A DNA stretch of 64,000 nucleotides. Source: Nitrososphaeraceae archaeon (GTDB lineage: Archaea > Thermoproteota > Nitrososphaeria > Nitrososphaerales > Nitrososphaeraceae). The notes under the pieces are model-generated. The model was given only the letters and a program-made list of their open reading frames with translations, did not search any database and was not told the origin of the DNA. How positions within the stretch are numbered: position 1 is the first letter of the stretch; each line of letters begins with the position of its first letter. Location: NCBI GenBank assembly GCA_035250975.1, contig DATFEP010000040.1, forward strand, positions 17,828 to 81,827, in the 5' to 3' direction. Position numbers and translations under genes: made by a program. Below are positions 43,350 through 54,513 of the stretch, one piece after another.

Positions 43350-44009
43350 TCAACGTTTTCCTTTACTGCGATCAAAGAGCACTTTATTCTTATTTGCTGC
43401 AACTTGATCCATTACTGGTTCTCTGTCATTAAGTGTTATTCCCGTCAATGATTCTTCACCTACGTTAGTGGTATTGGCCGTGTCAGAAAATGGACTATGA
43501 TCCTGTTTATTTCTATCTTTTAATTCATTCTTTACCAAATTTTTTATTTGATCTGCAGTAACAATAAGTTTTTTTGGTTCTTTTTTTGAAGTAATTTTCA
43601 ATTTTTGTTTAGTTGGCATCAAAGAAGATCGTTGTTGTTTTTTCTTTGTAGTACGTGTCGATCTATTTTGAACTGATTTTTTTATTTTCTTTGTTATTGA
43701 TTTTGCTACATCTCTTGCTACAGGAAAAGATACGCCTGACCTACTTACGGTTTGAGTTAACCTATCAGTATTAAATTTCTCCTCTCTTCCACTCGATCTT
43801 CTTAAAACTATATCTTTTTTAATTTTCGCAGTCGACTTACTGGTTTTTTTAAGTTTAGTCTTACTTGGTTTTTTAGATTTTAGTTTATTTGAAACATTTT
43901 TAGAATTTAGGTTAGGTTTACTTTTTTTTAATACTTTTATCTTTTCTTTTTTGGTATGATTTTTAATTTTTTTTTGTTTACCATTTTGTTTAGATATCTT
44001 TTTTATCAT
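43350..44009 (-). CDS. Lysine-rich protein with ATP-cone-like domain
   Basis: VLRRSSGREEKFNTDRL..SG...VA..VA..I, then VTADQIKNLVKNEL after a basic insert. Confidence 0.65.
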   Translation of the reverse strand: MIKKISKQNGKQKKIKNHTKKEKIKVLKKSKPNLNSKNVSNKLKSKKPSKTKLKKTSKSTAKIKKDIVLRRSSGREEKFNTDRLTQTVSRSGVSFPVARDVAKSITKKIKKSVQNRSTRTTKKKQQRSSLMPTKQKLKITSKKEPKKLIVTADQIKNLVKNELKDRNKQDHSPFSDTANTTNVGEESLTGITLNDREPVMDQVAANKNKVLFDRSKGKR

Positions 44010-44675
44010 ATTATATTATTTCTAAGATAATAAGAACAAATACTAATTTAAATATTTTCAAAACTTTAATTAAATTCACCTAATGTAATTCAAAAAAGTT
44101 GTTAATTTGGCATAAACTGATTCTTTAGATTATAGAGAAACAAGATATATAATATAAATTTCCCTATTCTTTAACGCTTCTAAGAATAAGTTGTTGGATC
44201 CTGAAATTTATTATAAAACTAATACCATGTTTTATAAAACTAATACCATCTTTTTTAGATATCAATACTGAATTTACAACGAAAGAAAAAAGGAACTGGT
44301 GATTTTTGCAAATTTTGTATATTCTAGGCTAGGGCGATAAAATCTACAATTTTCTTCTGCTCCTAAATTTCATTAGGTTTAACATAAATTAAAAATCCTT
44401 ATTTTAGTTAAATAAGCTCCTTATGATAGGTACTCTGGTCTCGATGTTCTACAAGAGGTACCATCCGCTAATTTTTAAGGTGATGAATTTTATCAAGCTA
44501 AGATTGCAAGGTATATCATATCATGATGAAATAATAAAATCAAAAAGAAAAGAAACTTGAAAAGAGAGCTAAAACCAAGTAATATTAGAGTTACATATGA
44601 CAAGAGTTATAGTATGATTGCATTTATTTATTATCATTATAATACCTTAATAAAATATGTTACATATTAAGATAT

Positions 44676-45743
44676 ATGAAACAATTGGGATATTGGGCTT
44701 CACAAGAACAATATTCAATGAATGATTTGATTAAATTTGTAAAAGAAGCTGAGAATGGTGGATTTGATCAGACTCTTACAAGTGATCACTTTCATCCATG
44801 GTCACATACTAACGGTTATGGAAACTTTACATGGGTTTGGGTAGCGGCTGCCGCTGAAAGAACGAAAAATATGAAATTTATAACCGGAGTAACTGCAGCT
44901 GTCTATAGATATAACCCAGGTGTAATAGCACAAGCATTTGCATCCTTAGATGTATTATATCCTGGAAGAATAGGTCTTGGAATCGGTACGGGAGAAGCCA
45001 TGAATGAAGTTTCTCTAGGTTTTGATTGGCCCTCTGCAGATATAAGATTAGAAAGAACGACTGAAGCTATTCAAATAATAAAAAAATTATGGAATAAAGA
45101 AAATAGTAATGGTGTTCTTAAAGGAATAAGACCGTCATCAAATAAAAATGATGATAATATGATGGATAATGATGATTTTGTAAATTTTAATGGCCAATAT
45201 TTTAGTCTAAAAAATGCCAAGCTGTATACTGCTCCTTCTACTAATATTCCTCTTTACATGGCAGGATCAGGAGAAGAAGCTGTACAAACTGCTGGTAGAT
45301 TAACTGATGGATTGATTACTACTTCAAAGCCAAATGATTGTAAGGAGACATTCCATATATTTGATAAAGCAGCAAGAGAAGAGGGAAAAGATCCCGATAA
45401 ACTAGAAAAAATAGCCAAACCTAAGATTTCTTATTCTGAAGACTATGACAAGGCTTTCAGATCATGTGAATTTTGGAGAACTTCTAAAATAGATGATGCG
45501 TTTGATAGAGATATAAATGATCCACGAGTACTAGAAAAAACAGCAAAGCGAGAAGTAACAGATGAAGAATTAAAAAAATCAATATTAATAGTTACTTCTA
45601 TAGAAGATTTAATTAAGCCAATAGAAGAATATTTCAAAGCTGGTTTTACCCAAGTATATACACATAGTACAAGTCCAAATGAAGTACAATTTATTCAAAG
45701 GTTTACAAAAAAGGTATTACCATATTTTAACAAAAACATATAA
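44676..45743 (+). CDS. F420-dependent LLM oxidoreductase (G6PDH-like family)
   Basis: SQEQY, SDHFHPW, RYNPGVIAQAFASL, GTGEAMNE, AKLY. Confidence 0.9.
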   Translation: MKQLGYWASQEQYSMNDLIKFVKEAENGGFDQTLTSDHFHPWSHTNGYGNFTWVWVAAAAERTKNMKFITGVTAAVYRYNPGVIAQAFASLDVLYPGRIGLGIGTGEAMNEVSLGFDWPSADIRLERTTEAIQIIKKLWNKENSNGVLKGIRPSSNKNDDNMMDNDDFVNFNGQYFSLKNAKLYTAPSTNIPLYMAGSGEEAVQTAGRLTDGLITTSKPNDCKETFHIFDKAAREEGKDPDKLEKIAKPKISYSEDYDKAFRSCEFWRTSKIDDAFDRDINDPRVLEKTAKREVTDEELKKSILIVTSIEDLIKPIEEYFKAGFTQVYTHSTSPNEVQFIQRFTKKVLPYFNKNI

Positions 45744-45911
45744 AGAGACATTAATTTTAGATAAAAAGTACATTGGGGGAAAATTGTTTCAAGATATCAA
45801 CTAAATTATCATAAATTGTATGTAATTGTTATATACCATATAATTACCTAGACTTTAAATATTGCATTTGTATATTATACCGATAATTTTTTTGACAATC
45901 TCTTAATAACT

Positions 45912-46133
45912 ATGTTGTTCAAAATTAATATGATGACGTTTTACCATCACGAAGATGATAGATTTAAAGAAATTATAGATGAATTTATCTTATCATCATC
46001 AGGTAATGAATCCTCAAGATATGCTCTAAAAAATATTGACGTTCTAGCATCGAAATTGGGAATCTCGTTTTATCATATGATGTTCATATTAATTAAAAAA
46101 AATATTGTTAGTAGCAAAAATATTATTAAATAA
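45912..46133 (+). CDS. Small hypothetical protein
   Basis: ORF track; protein-like helical composition. Confidence 0.5.
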   Translation: MLFKINMMTFYHHEDDRFKEIIDEFILSSSGNESSRYALKNIDVLASKLGISFYHMMFILIKKNIVSSKNIIK

Positions 46134-47204
46134 TGATTGAATTTGTAAAAATCTGCTTAGTCTAAAAAACTACTGGCCTTAGCCGACGGGAGTAATGGCT
46201 ATACAGATGCAAAAATATGGGTCTAATAATTTGGTAAAAAAGTAAATTATGTTTAAAAATTACTTATTGTATTACAAATTACCTTCATAATGAAGAAAAG
46301 GTAGAGATGATGAAATAATAAAGAAATATTTAAAACATTAGTTAGACATCTTAAATTTGTATATAATATTAAATCGTTGGTGATATAGCAGTACATAGGA
46401 AATCACAGTTGGTTTCGGTGATATAATATGAAAATTTCTAAACAATTGTATTTCTAAAGTTATACATTTTATTTAAATTGCATAGAAATTCATGTACTTA
46501 ATATATAATTATAACACAACATTGCTAGAGTAGTAGATTAATTAATTTAGGTAAAAAAAAGAAAAAGAAGTTTGCACAGCTAATAATATGTAACAAACTA
46601 AAGAATAATTATCCTAAAAGCAGGGCGTAGGGATATTAACTTTCAATTTAAATATAATGCGCGATGTACTACAAAAACTAAATGAGAAGATTTTACTAAA
46701 TAAATATAAAAATATACATAGAAAAAACCAAAATCAAAAGTTATGTTACATTCTTTATCATGGCCCTTCATTATACTGTAATGAAGGATCTATCTCTTCA
46801 CTTTACTCCTACAAAATTTAACAAGTATTTATTTTTTACATTAGTAATGATTATGGGATATCTTAGATTGATCATTATTCATAAACTGCAGTATTATTTG
46901 GTCTAATAAGTATTAATATAATTATAGTGTGATTTATCATAGACAAGTAATAAAATATATGATTTTTATTTACTGGACAAAATAATAATACTTATCCTTG
47001 TTTTAGCTTGTGAATGTATAAATCAGCATGTGCTTATTTCCAGTTTCTAATTTATTGAACAAAAAATTAGTAATTCAACAATATTGGTAAAACTACCTTT
47101 CCTATTTTGTACTTTGAATTAAAATATTCGCACACTATTCTTCCCTATACAACCACAATAGAAAAAACTTTAATGATAAAATGACACAGCAAAATCAAAA
47201 AAAA

Positions 47205-47618
47205 TTAAAATTGACTAGATTGTTGTCGTCTTGATAGATCTTTCAATCCTTCTAATAATTCTCCTTCATCAAGACCATCACTTAAATCAATTCTAGTATT
47301 TTGTTTTATACTATCCAATATAACATCTGCAAAATTGTCTAATTTGTCTATATCTTTTATACCCGTTATTTCTGATAATCGTTTTATCAAATCATAACGA
47401 TTTACATTCTGTTGTGTTGTTTTAAATTTTTGTTTATCATTGTCATCAAATTGGTCGGTAATATTTTTGGGTAATGCAGACAGAAGACCTGAAGCAGCCT
47501 TGGGAGTAGATTTTTGAAGAAATAGCTTGGTTGCACCGCCTACGGCTACAGAGGCAATTTTTGGATCTATTCCAAATGATTGTGCAAGCATTCCAATCAT
47601 ATTTTCCATAATCCACAA
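47205..47618 (-). CDS. Hypothetical helical protein
   Basis: 137-aa ORF with upstream TATA-like box. Confidence 0.65.
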   Translation of the reverse strand: MWIMENMIGMLAQSFGIDPKIASVAVGGATKLFLQKSTPKAASGLLSALPKNITDQFDDNDKQKFKTTQQNVNRYDLIKRLSEITGIKDIDKLDNFADVILDSIKQNTRIDLSDGLDEGELLEGLKDLSRRQQSSQF

Positions 47619-47902
47619 TAGTTGTACATACAGATAAACTTTTAAAACTTTATCAATGTCGCTAAGGAAATATTTTTACATAAAGCTATTTTTAAAAATT
47701 ATTGAAAAATTATATTTATAACGGTAGCATAGATAAAAACTCAAGGCTCTTTCTGCAGTAGGAATAATACTAGGAGCTAAATATACATAATAATACGAGC
47801 TATTAACAATTGCTGTATCACCTTGATCATAGTTGGTTATTGATTAGTCACCAGCCATTGAGGAGTCTTCGATTGTTACCATGCATTAGACTATAATATC
47901 AA

Positions 47903-48163
47903 TTAGTTGTTTTCTATGGTAGTTTGTAATAATTCTCCCATTTCGTTATGCATTTTAAGAAAGTTTAATCCTTTTTCAGTGGTCTTAAATGTACGGGTCC
48001 CATCGATATATTCAATTAGATTGTTTTCTATCAAAACAGAAAGATATTCTTTTAATTGTGTATAACTTAGATATGCTTTATACATAATTTTTGTCTTTGT
48101 TGTGCCTCCATTTGCAGCGTTAAGTATATTACTCACTATTTCTGTTCTACTTCTGTATTTCAT
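47903..48163 (-). CDS. Winged-HTH protein (HTH_45/DUF4364-like)
   Basis: MKYRSRTEIV..IL, TKTKIMYKAYLSYTQLKEYL, TTEKG. Confidence 0.9.
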   Translation of the reverse strand: MKYRSRTEIVSNILNAANGGTTKTKIMYKAYLSYTQLKEYLSVLIENNLIEYIDGTRTFKTTEKGLNFLKMHNEMGELLQTTIENN

Positions 48164-48469
48164 ATTTGTTATACACGTTATTTACTTATTTTAATATTCT
48201 GTTAAAAGAAAACAAAAGAAGGTTATAATAGAATTATTGTAGATATTAGTTACAATTAGAGAAAAGGAGAGAAAATTTTTTATTTTCTAATAATTTTATG
48301 CAGGAAATTGATAAAAATAATGATTTTGTTGTTGGTGTTAGTGTTTTCTATGGTGTTATTTTATACTGTAAAACCATCTTAATCCAGTATGATAATTCTA
48401 TCTGAACAATTTGCTGTTAGTCAAGAACCCAGTATAGATTATTCTCTGAATTTCTTATCTTTTTATAAC

Positions 48470-48800
48470 TATTAATTTATTAGAATATTTTGGCTTAGGA
48501 AAACCACCCAAGTTTATTGCGTAAAAACTTATTGAGTTCGGTAGGCAAGGAATATCTTTCACCTTTGAAATATTGTTGACAGAGCATGAACTCTATAGGT
48601 AGCAAATGTTTTTTTCAATGCACAACCTGATTCCCACCTCAAAAAAGGAAAATATGCAAATCTTGGTAATGTAGATAAAATTCGCTTTGTTTTTCATCCA
48701 TTATTTGTTTATAAAATACACCATTTGAATAATCTATAATTCATCTATTCAATTCAAATGATGCTGTGATAGTGATTTATTTGACTAAATGTCATATCTT
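48470..48800 (-). pseudogene. Cytochrome P450 C-terminal remnant
   Basis: LPRFAYFPF, then after a frameshift GIRLCIE (eroded FxxGxRxCxG heme motif, about 48613-48669); many stops. Confidence 0.5.
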
Positions 48801-48861
48801 TATCAATTAATCCTCGTCCTTTTCTTAGAATGTAAATGCTTATAATTAAAAAAATAGCATA

Positions 48862-49320
48862 TTATTTTGGATATATATGCCAAATAACATGCTTTCCAGA
48901 CGAGAAACAATCGATTCCAACATTTTCTCCATCCTCTGTAGTCAGAGAAGCATCACAAGATAATCCACTTGTACCGTTACTAATTATTTCACTCATCTGT
49001 TCTTCTAATTGTTGAGATGGTGCTAAACTTATTTCCTCTAATAGTTCTTCCTCAATTTTAATTAAATTATTACCTACGGTAGCAGATACAATTTTAGTAG
49101 AGTTATCTATGTTCCCGATCTTGTTTTGTTCAAATAGTAAAACATACAATTTTTCACCAGTATTTTCTTCAAGATCTTGTGCATTAACATGTTGTAATAC
49201 CGTACTGGTATTGTTCATAACATTGAATAAAGACAAAGAGAATGCTACAATCAAACATATCATTGATAGAATTTTCATTTTAATTGAAAAATAAAATAAT
49301 ACTATAAAAGTTTTTATCAT
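48862..49320 (-). CDS. Secreted hypothetical protein
   Basis: Signal peptide (probable start MKILSM, 49278), one Cys pair. Confidence 0.65.
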   Translation of the reverse strand: MIKTFIVLFYFSIKMKILSMICLIVAFSLSLFNVMNNTSTVLQHVNAQDLEENTGEKLYVLLFEQNKIGNIDNSTKIVSATVGNNLIKIEEELLEEISLAPSQQLEEQMSEIISNGTSGLSCDASLTTEDGENVGIDCFSSGKHVIWHIYPK

Positions 49321-49911
49321 GATATCGATAGATTTACCGTGAGTTTTGAGAATTTACTTGAATCATAGAGTCTTCTATACTGAAGGTTTAGACAGAATTA
49401 AATACACTACAATATTCTATTTTAATATATGATATTCTAAAATTTTGTCTATTATGATTAGTTATTGAGTTAATCATTTTCCAAATAGAACCCCATGTAG
49501 TAGGATTCTACGACCTTGTATTTACATTCATAAAAATAGTCTTTTTTACCACATCTTTGAATTTCATTAATAATTGACACAAAAAATAATTTGGTAATAA
49601 TAAAAATAAATTTTAGGCTATTTATTTGATTTTAGCTTTTGTTGATTGATAGAGACCATTTGTTTATAAAATGGTATTTTTTCTCTGAAGGATTTATATC
49701 AAAATTGTCCTTTTAATTGGATGAGTTAATACAATAAATTTCAATGGAATTAAATACGTTATACTCCCCGTAATAATTTAGCATTAAATATCTGGATTAA
49801 ATTATAATATTAATTCAATATATTACATGATTTGTATGTTGTACAAAGTAATTATCTCTATTCTCGAATGGAACAATAGATTGAAATTTATCTTACATTT
49901 TGGGATATAAA

Positions 49912-49935
49912 TATTTTTTCGGCGCCGAAAAAATA
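49912..49935. promoter_or_regulatory. Perfect 24-bp palindrome TATTTTTTCGGCGCCGAAAAAATA, probable operator
   Basis: Seen directly; TATAAAAA follows at 49946; second copy at 59246. Confidence 0.65.
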
Positions 49936-50231
49936 ATATTAAAAATATAAAAAAATATTTTCATACAATTATCAGCAGGATGGCTGGAATGGCTCAGATA
50001 TATGCCATCCTGTTGTCAGTTACCCATCTTTGGTGCAATGATATAGTTATTTGGTATTTGTATTATTTATGATATTTGATGGTAAAAAATGAAAAATATT
50101 TTTTGATCGTATTTCGTATTGATTGTCGATAATAATTCAGCCCCTATACGATCTATCTGTATATTGGTAGACGAGTTGCACTCTTTATTATGGATATATA
50201 TAATGCAATTTGTTTTTCAGCTAGTAAGAGC

Positions 50232-50336
50232 TTAACACCATCTACATGTCAGTCCAATGAAAGGCAGTGTTGCAATTAGAGATGTCCCTACAATCATTCC
50301 TATGATGCACATGTTGAATTTTGTTAACTTGAACAT
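50232..50336 (-). CDS. 34-aa hydrophobic peptide MFKLTKFNMCIIGMIVGTSLIATLPFIGLTCRWC
   Basis: High-identity block between the two copies runs exactly from ATG to stop. Confidence 0.8.
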   Translation of the reverse strand: MFKLTKFNMCIIGMIVGTSLIATLPFIGLTCRWC

Positions 50337-50854
50337 ACGACTTTATTCTCTTTAGAATAGAAAAAGATTTTCTACGTCTCAAATTGGAGTTCACAGTAAA
50401 GGAGAAACATAATTCTGAACATAACAGAATAAGGACCAATAAAGTTATAAGATACAATTTATCTTTAACTTTGAGGATTATATAAATATGTTCGCGTATA
50501 TTGTAAACTATAAATTTTCATTTAAAACATAAACTGAAAATATTATCGATAGGATTCACATTTGTTAGGTTTCATCTTTATATTCAGGTAGTAGGTTGGC
50601 AGTTGAATCGTCCATGTAGTAAGATTTACCTAAACTTGTATTTAGCTTTTATTATTAGTAACTTATTCTAAAATTATTCTCGGACTCAGAATATATAATT
50701 TTCTTCTAGTAGTATTGGTATGAATTATAAATTTGTTTACATATGAATTTGGCTTAATGTGATAATATTTTATAGTTTTATTATTGTTCTTTACATCAGA
50801 TAATAGCAATTTCTCCTTTTATGCAATCTATCAATTTCTATTTTCATTTTTCGC

Positions 50855-51625
50855 TCATCTTACATTTAAAATGTATGTAGTCGTATAGTTCCGTCCAACA
50901 GGATCATTATATTGATTTCCATTAATTTCCATTGTAGAAGTTGCATTGATATCATTTTTGTTTTTAATTCAAATATTCCGGCACTGAGAGGTTTAAGGAA
51001 TAACCAATTTCCATCTGCAACAGCCTGTGTCGTCTGAGAAGTTAAATTCAAAATATTATATTCGGGTAAAGTAAAATTGAAAACATCAGTCTGGACACGA
51101 TAATTTTCTAAATTTGGTACATGTACTTTATTAAGTGAAGCATTTACTCCAACTACAAGGTCTTGCATACGTTTAGCACATTCCCTTAGTTCTTCTTCAG
51201 TTTTTAATAATGGAAATTCTGCATAAGAGCATTCAGGATTTAATAGAGTTATAAGCAACGCGGTATTTTCAGGAATATCACATGTACGAGTAACTGGATG
51301 TTTATAAGCTAAAGTTAGAAACCAAACTGGTCCACTTTGATTTTCACTGCAATATTTTCCATTATGATCGTATGAGGGATTTCTATCCCAAGGAATAGAA
51401 TATGTCCATTGCCACCATTTCTCAGTCCAGTCTACATATGAAACATTAAAAGGCTTGGAATCTATGTCGTAAACTAAATTAGAAATATCAAGATTTGTAT
51501 TATTATTTACAAATGTAGTTAGTATTGGAATTCCTTCCACTAATTGACATTACATTGGCAGAGTATACCAGAAGTAAAATTAAAATCAAGGTAAAAAAAC
51601 TTGTTGTCAGCAAAAATTTTCTCAT
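50855..51625 (-). pseudogene. Frameshifted secreted protein (W..KWWQW..GPVWFL..VADG.W family)
   Basis: Signal peptide MRKFLLTTSFF at 51625 and C-terminal NYTTTYILNVR are each out of frame with the core ORF 50866-51540. Confidence 0.7.
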
Positions 51626-52120
51626 GTAAATGCCACATTGATTATATTTAATGAACTTTTCTCTGTCTGTCTCTCTTTCTCATATATAAATACCTTTTTT
51701 TGCTTTCTAGTATGGACCTATAGGTAAAGAAACTTCTTGTAATGGAGATTTTTTTATTCCTAGTATCATCGGTACAGAAGTCATGTAATTGAGTCCGGAG
51801 TATACCTAAACCGGTTCTAAAATAAGAATCTAATGTAAATATACTACTATCTTGTATTTGCATCTATTATTAGATACTTATTCTTTAAAATTATTCAATA
51901 TTAGATAGATATATTACGAATATGTAAATTATCATTTCTGTAATCAGACAAAAAAGGTAAAATTAGATAATTCGAACCTATATTAGATTAGATGGAAGAT
52001 AACGCGTGAATTACAATTTATGAACCCGAAAAAAGATAAAATAACCTAATTGTTATTTCTCTTTATTTTGCTAATATTATTTATCAAATATTTAAATAAA
52101 TTGATACAATCTAAAATATC

Positions 52121-52357
52121 TTAAGAGGTAGTTTTCACTTCTGTTATCCATTCACACTTGACACCGTGCTTATGATGATGATTTTCTACTGCTTCTCTAT
52201 TGGGTGCGTCAAGAAGGCAAAAGAACTTGTCTTCTTCTTTGTTATACATTATATTAAGATGGGTAATTCCGAATTCATCGACAGGAGACTGTTGCAATTT
52301 GCTTAAAGTTTCTTCCTCAAATCCTTTCAAGGAGTGAACATCAAGGAACTTGGGCAT
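52121..52357 (-). CDS. DUF4242 (SCO4226-like nickel-binding) protein
   Basis: MPKFLDVH, FCLLDAPNREAVENHH..HG, ITEV. Confidence 0.85.
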   Translation of the reverse strand: MPKFLDVHSLKGFEEETLSKLQQSPVDEFGITHLNIMYNKEEDKFFCLLDAPNREAVENHHHKHGVKCEWITEVKTTS

Positions 52358-52566
52358 AGACCTAAGTTCTTATAGTTTTGTATATATATTTGCTTTTTTG
52401 CAATTCATAGAATTGCTTGACTATAGCAGTATTACAGAATTAGAAAGCTTTGGTTTATAGAAATAAATACCTATAGGGGTGCGAAAATAAGAGTCTAATG
52501 TTATAGTACAAAGAGATACTTTTAAAATTTTCTTTAAATCTTAATAATGATTAAAGTTGAATTTTA

Positions 52567-53676
52567 CTAATTTAACAATTTTTTAACAGTACTTATCAAT
52601 AGCTTTCTATCAACGGGTTTTATCAATATTTGTTCCTTGGATAAACCTGGAACTATAGTTAATATTTCATCTGAAATACCTAAAACAGTTATAAAAAGAA
52701 TTTTAATTGTGGGATCGATTGATTTTATTTGCTGTTGTAATTGGAATCCATTCAAATCTTTCATTTTGATATCGAGGGTTACTAGTAGATCATTAAAATT
52801 TGGAAGATCTTTAATAAAATTCAATGCGTTGAAGGGATTGGTAAAAGAAGTTATTTCATAACCATTATCCTTTAAAAATGATTCATAAGTAAATAGTATA
52901 TCTGGATCATCATCGACTAAAATTATTCTTTTGTTATTGTTTCTTTGAGGAAAAAACAAATCTTTTTCACTTTCAGTTTCTATAAAGTTGTCAGTAGAGG
53001 AACCTGACATTTTCTTCCTGAGAAAGTATGTAGTACTACTATTATCAAGATACAATTCATTAATTTTTTTTATACTATATGTAGGGTATCCAATTGTTTC
53101 GGTTATCTTACATTCACCATTATTTATAAAATTATAATTGTTAACAATATTAGAAAACGATTTTAAAATTCTATAAAAATTATCCCCAATAATTATTTGA
53201 TTTGCAATAGATAGCGATGAATTTATCTTTGAACAGCGGTTTACAGTTGACCCGAATAAATCTATCTGGCTATAATCACCAACTAAAGCTAAATCTAAAA
53301 CACCAAAATCCATGCTAATTCTATAGCTGAATGGGGGAAGATGCTGCTTGGACAATTCCTGATTAACAGCATAGCGGGAATCTAAGATTTTCAAACCACA
53401 TTCAATAACTTCTCTAAAAGCTTCTTCGTTTTTATTATCAGATACCTTTGGAAAATATAATAATAAACAATCACCAATATTTTTAATAACTTTCCCTCCA
53501 TAATTTTTAACTATTTTCGATATTGAATTCATAAATTTCGAATAATAGATTCTAATATGTTCTAAATTGTCCATTGTAATGGTATTTTTAGTCGAATCTA
53601 CCAAATCAATAAAAACTACACAACTCTTTATTGAATCACCAGAAAATCTTATTTCTTTTGAAGAAAAATTTTTCAT
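52567..53676 (-). CDS. Class III adenylate/guanylate cyclase with C-terminal receiver domain
   Basis: FIDLVDST, KNIGDC, DLFGSTVN; REC: ILVDDD, LDIKM..LNG, FIT, KP. Confidence 0.88.
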   Translation of the reverse strand: MKNFSSKEIRFSGDSIKSCVVFIDLVDSTKNTITMDNLEHIRIYYSKFMNSISKIVKNYGGKVIKNIGDCLLLYFPKVSDNKNEEAFREVIECGLKILDSRYAVNQELSKQHLPPFSYRISMDFGVLDLALVGDYSQIDLFGSTVNRCSKINSSLSIANQIIIGDNFYRILKSFSNIVNNYNFINNGECKITETIGYPTYSIKKINELYLDNSSTTYFLRKKMSGSSTDNFIETESEKDLFFPQRNNNKRIILVDDDPDILFTYESFLKDNGYEITSFTNPFNALNFIKDLPNFNDLLVTLDIKMKDLNGFQLQQQIKSIDPTIKILFITVLGISDEILTIVPGLSKEQILIKPVDRKLLISTVKKLLN

Positions 53677-53702
53677 TTAGTATTGCCCACGAAACTAAAC
53701 AA

Positions 53703-54224
53703 CTAATAATTAGTAGTTGTAAGATTTTTGAATAGGTCATTATAGTATTTTTGTGCAATTTCCATAGATTTGTTAACGGTTTCTTTATATACAAATACAC
53801 AGTCATTTATTCTTCGTGTAGCACTTATTGTATTATTTGTAATATTTTGGTTGGTATTATTATAAACATATGTATATCCTTGTGGATAAATAAATTTATT
53901 CCAATAAGATTTACCTATAAATTTGGAAAATACTGATTGATAAGTAATAAGAATATTTTTTTTTAATTCTACATAGTTGTTAGAGATTGATTGGATTGTA
54001 TTAATATTTTTTTGTTGATATGTGTTTGCTGTATCTAAACTTTTTTCAAGACTGTCATTATTTGTTTTTTGATATTCATTGATAGTACTAATAATTTTAT
54101 TTGTTGCATCTGGAATAATTAATGTTATATTTTCTAACAGTTCTCTTTGTTTGTCTAAAAAATTCTCTGTATCTTCTTTTATAATGTCATTTTGTTTTTT
54201 ATTTTCGTCTTTTAAGTTTGTCAT
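53703..54224 (-). CDS. Asn/Thr/Gln-rich amphipathic helical protein of unknown function
   Basis: ORF composition; related to fragment at 40385. Confidence 0.65.
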   Translation of the reverse strand: MTNLKDENKKQNDIIKEDTENFLDKQRELLENITLIIPDATNKIISTINEYQKTNNDSLEKSLDTANTYQQKNINTIQSISNNYVELKKNILITYQSVFSKFIGKSYWNKFIYPQGYTYVYNNTNQNITNNTISATRRINDCVFVYKETVNKSMEIAQKYYNDLFKNLTTTNY

Positions 54225-54513
54225 ATTAGTAAGTAAATTTATAATAGTTTTTGCACCTTATTAAACTATAATTAAAAGTAAAAATTATGCAAAATTATTG
54301 TAAAATATATATAAAATAGATATTCTTTATTAGATCTTATATTACCAACAATTTACTTATTTATTTTATCAAAAAAATCGAAATCATCTTTTTTCTTCAT
54401 TCACGATAAGAGAGGGTTTTAGATGACAACTTACATATATCCATACTGGGGTATAAGGTAGAATTTAGTTAAATTAAATATAACATTTTATGATGTAATA
54501 TAATAATTAACAA

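Larger units (their letters stand above)
49880..50600 (+). repeat. Duplicated peptide cassette, copy 1 (copy 2 about 59180-59810)
   Basis: Co-linear similarity; near-identical 105-bp coding core. Confidence 0.88.

Noticed and set aside
44211-44249. Tandem TTATAAAACTAATACCAT x2 (and TCTTAA x3 at 57071)
   Set aside because: Simple slippage duplications with no sign of function
49912-49935. Palindrome as an intrinsic terminator
   Set aside because: No loop, and the T-run precedes the GC core on both strands; a dimeric protein-binding site fits better
50257-50355. Plus-strand 32-aa ORF MKGSVAIRDVPTIIPM.. open in both copies
   Set aside because: Shadow of the minus-strand peptide: high identity begins before its ATG and ends before its stop
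50242-50457. 71-aa minus-strand ORF from the track
   Set aside because: Different frame from the 34-aa peptide; not listed for copy 2; conservation boundaries do not match it
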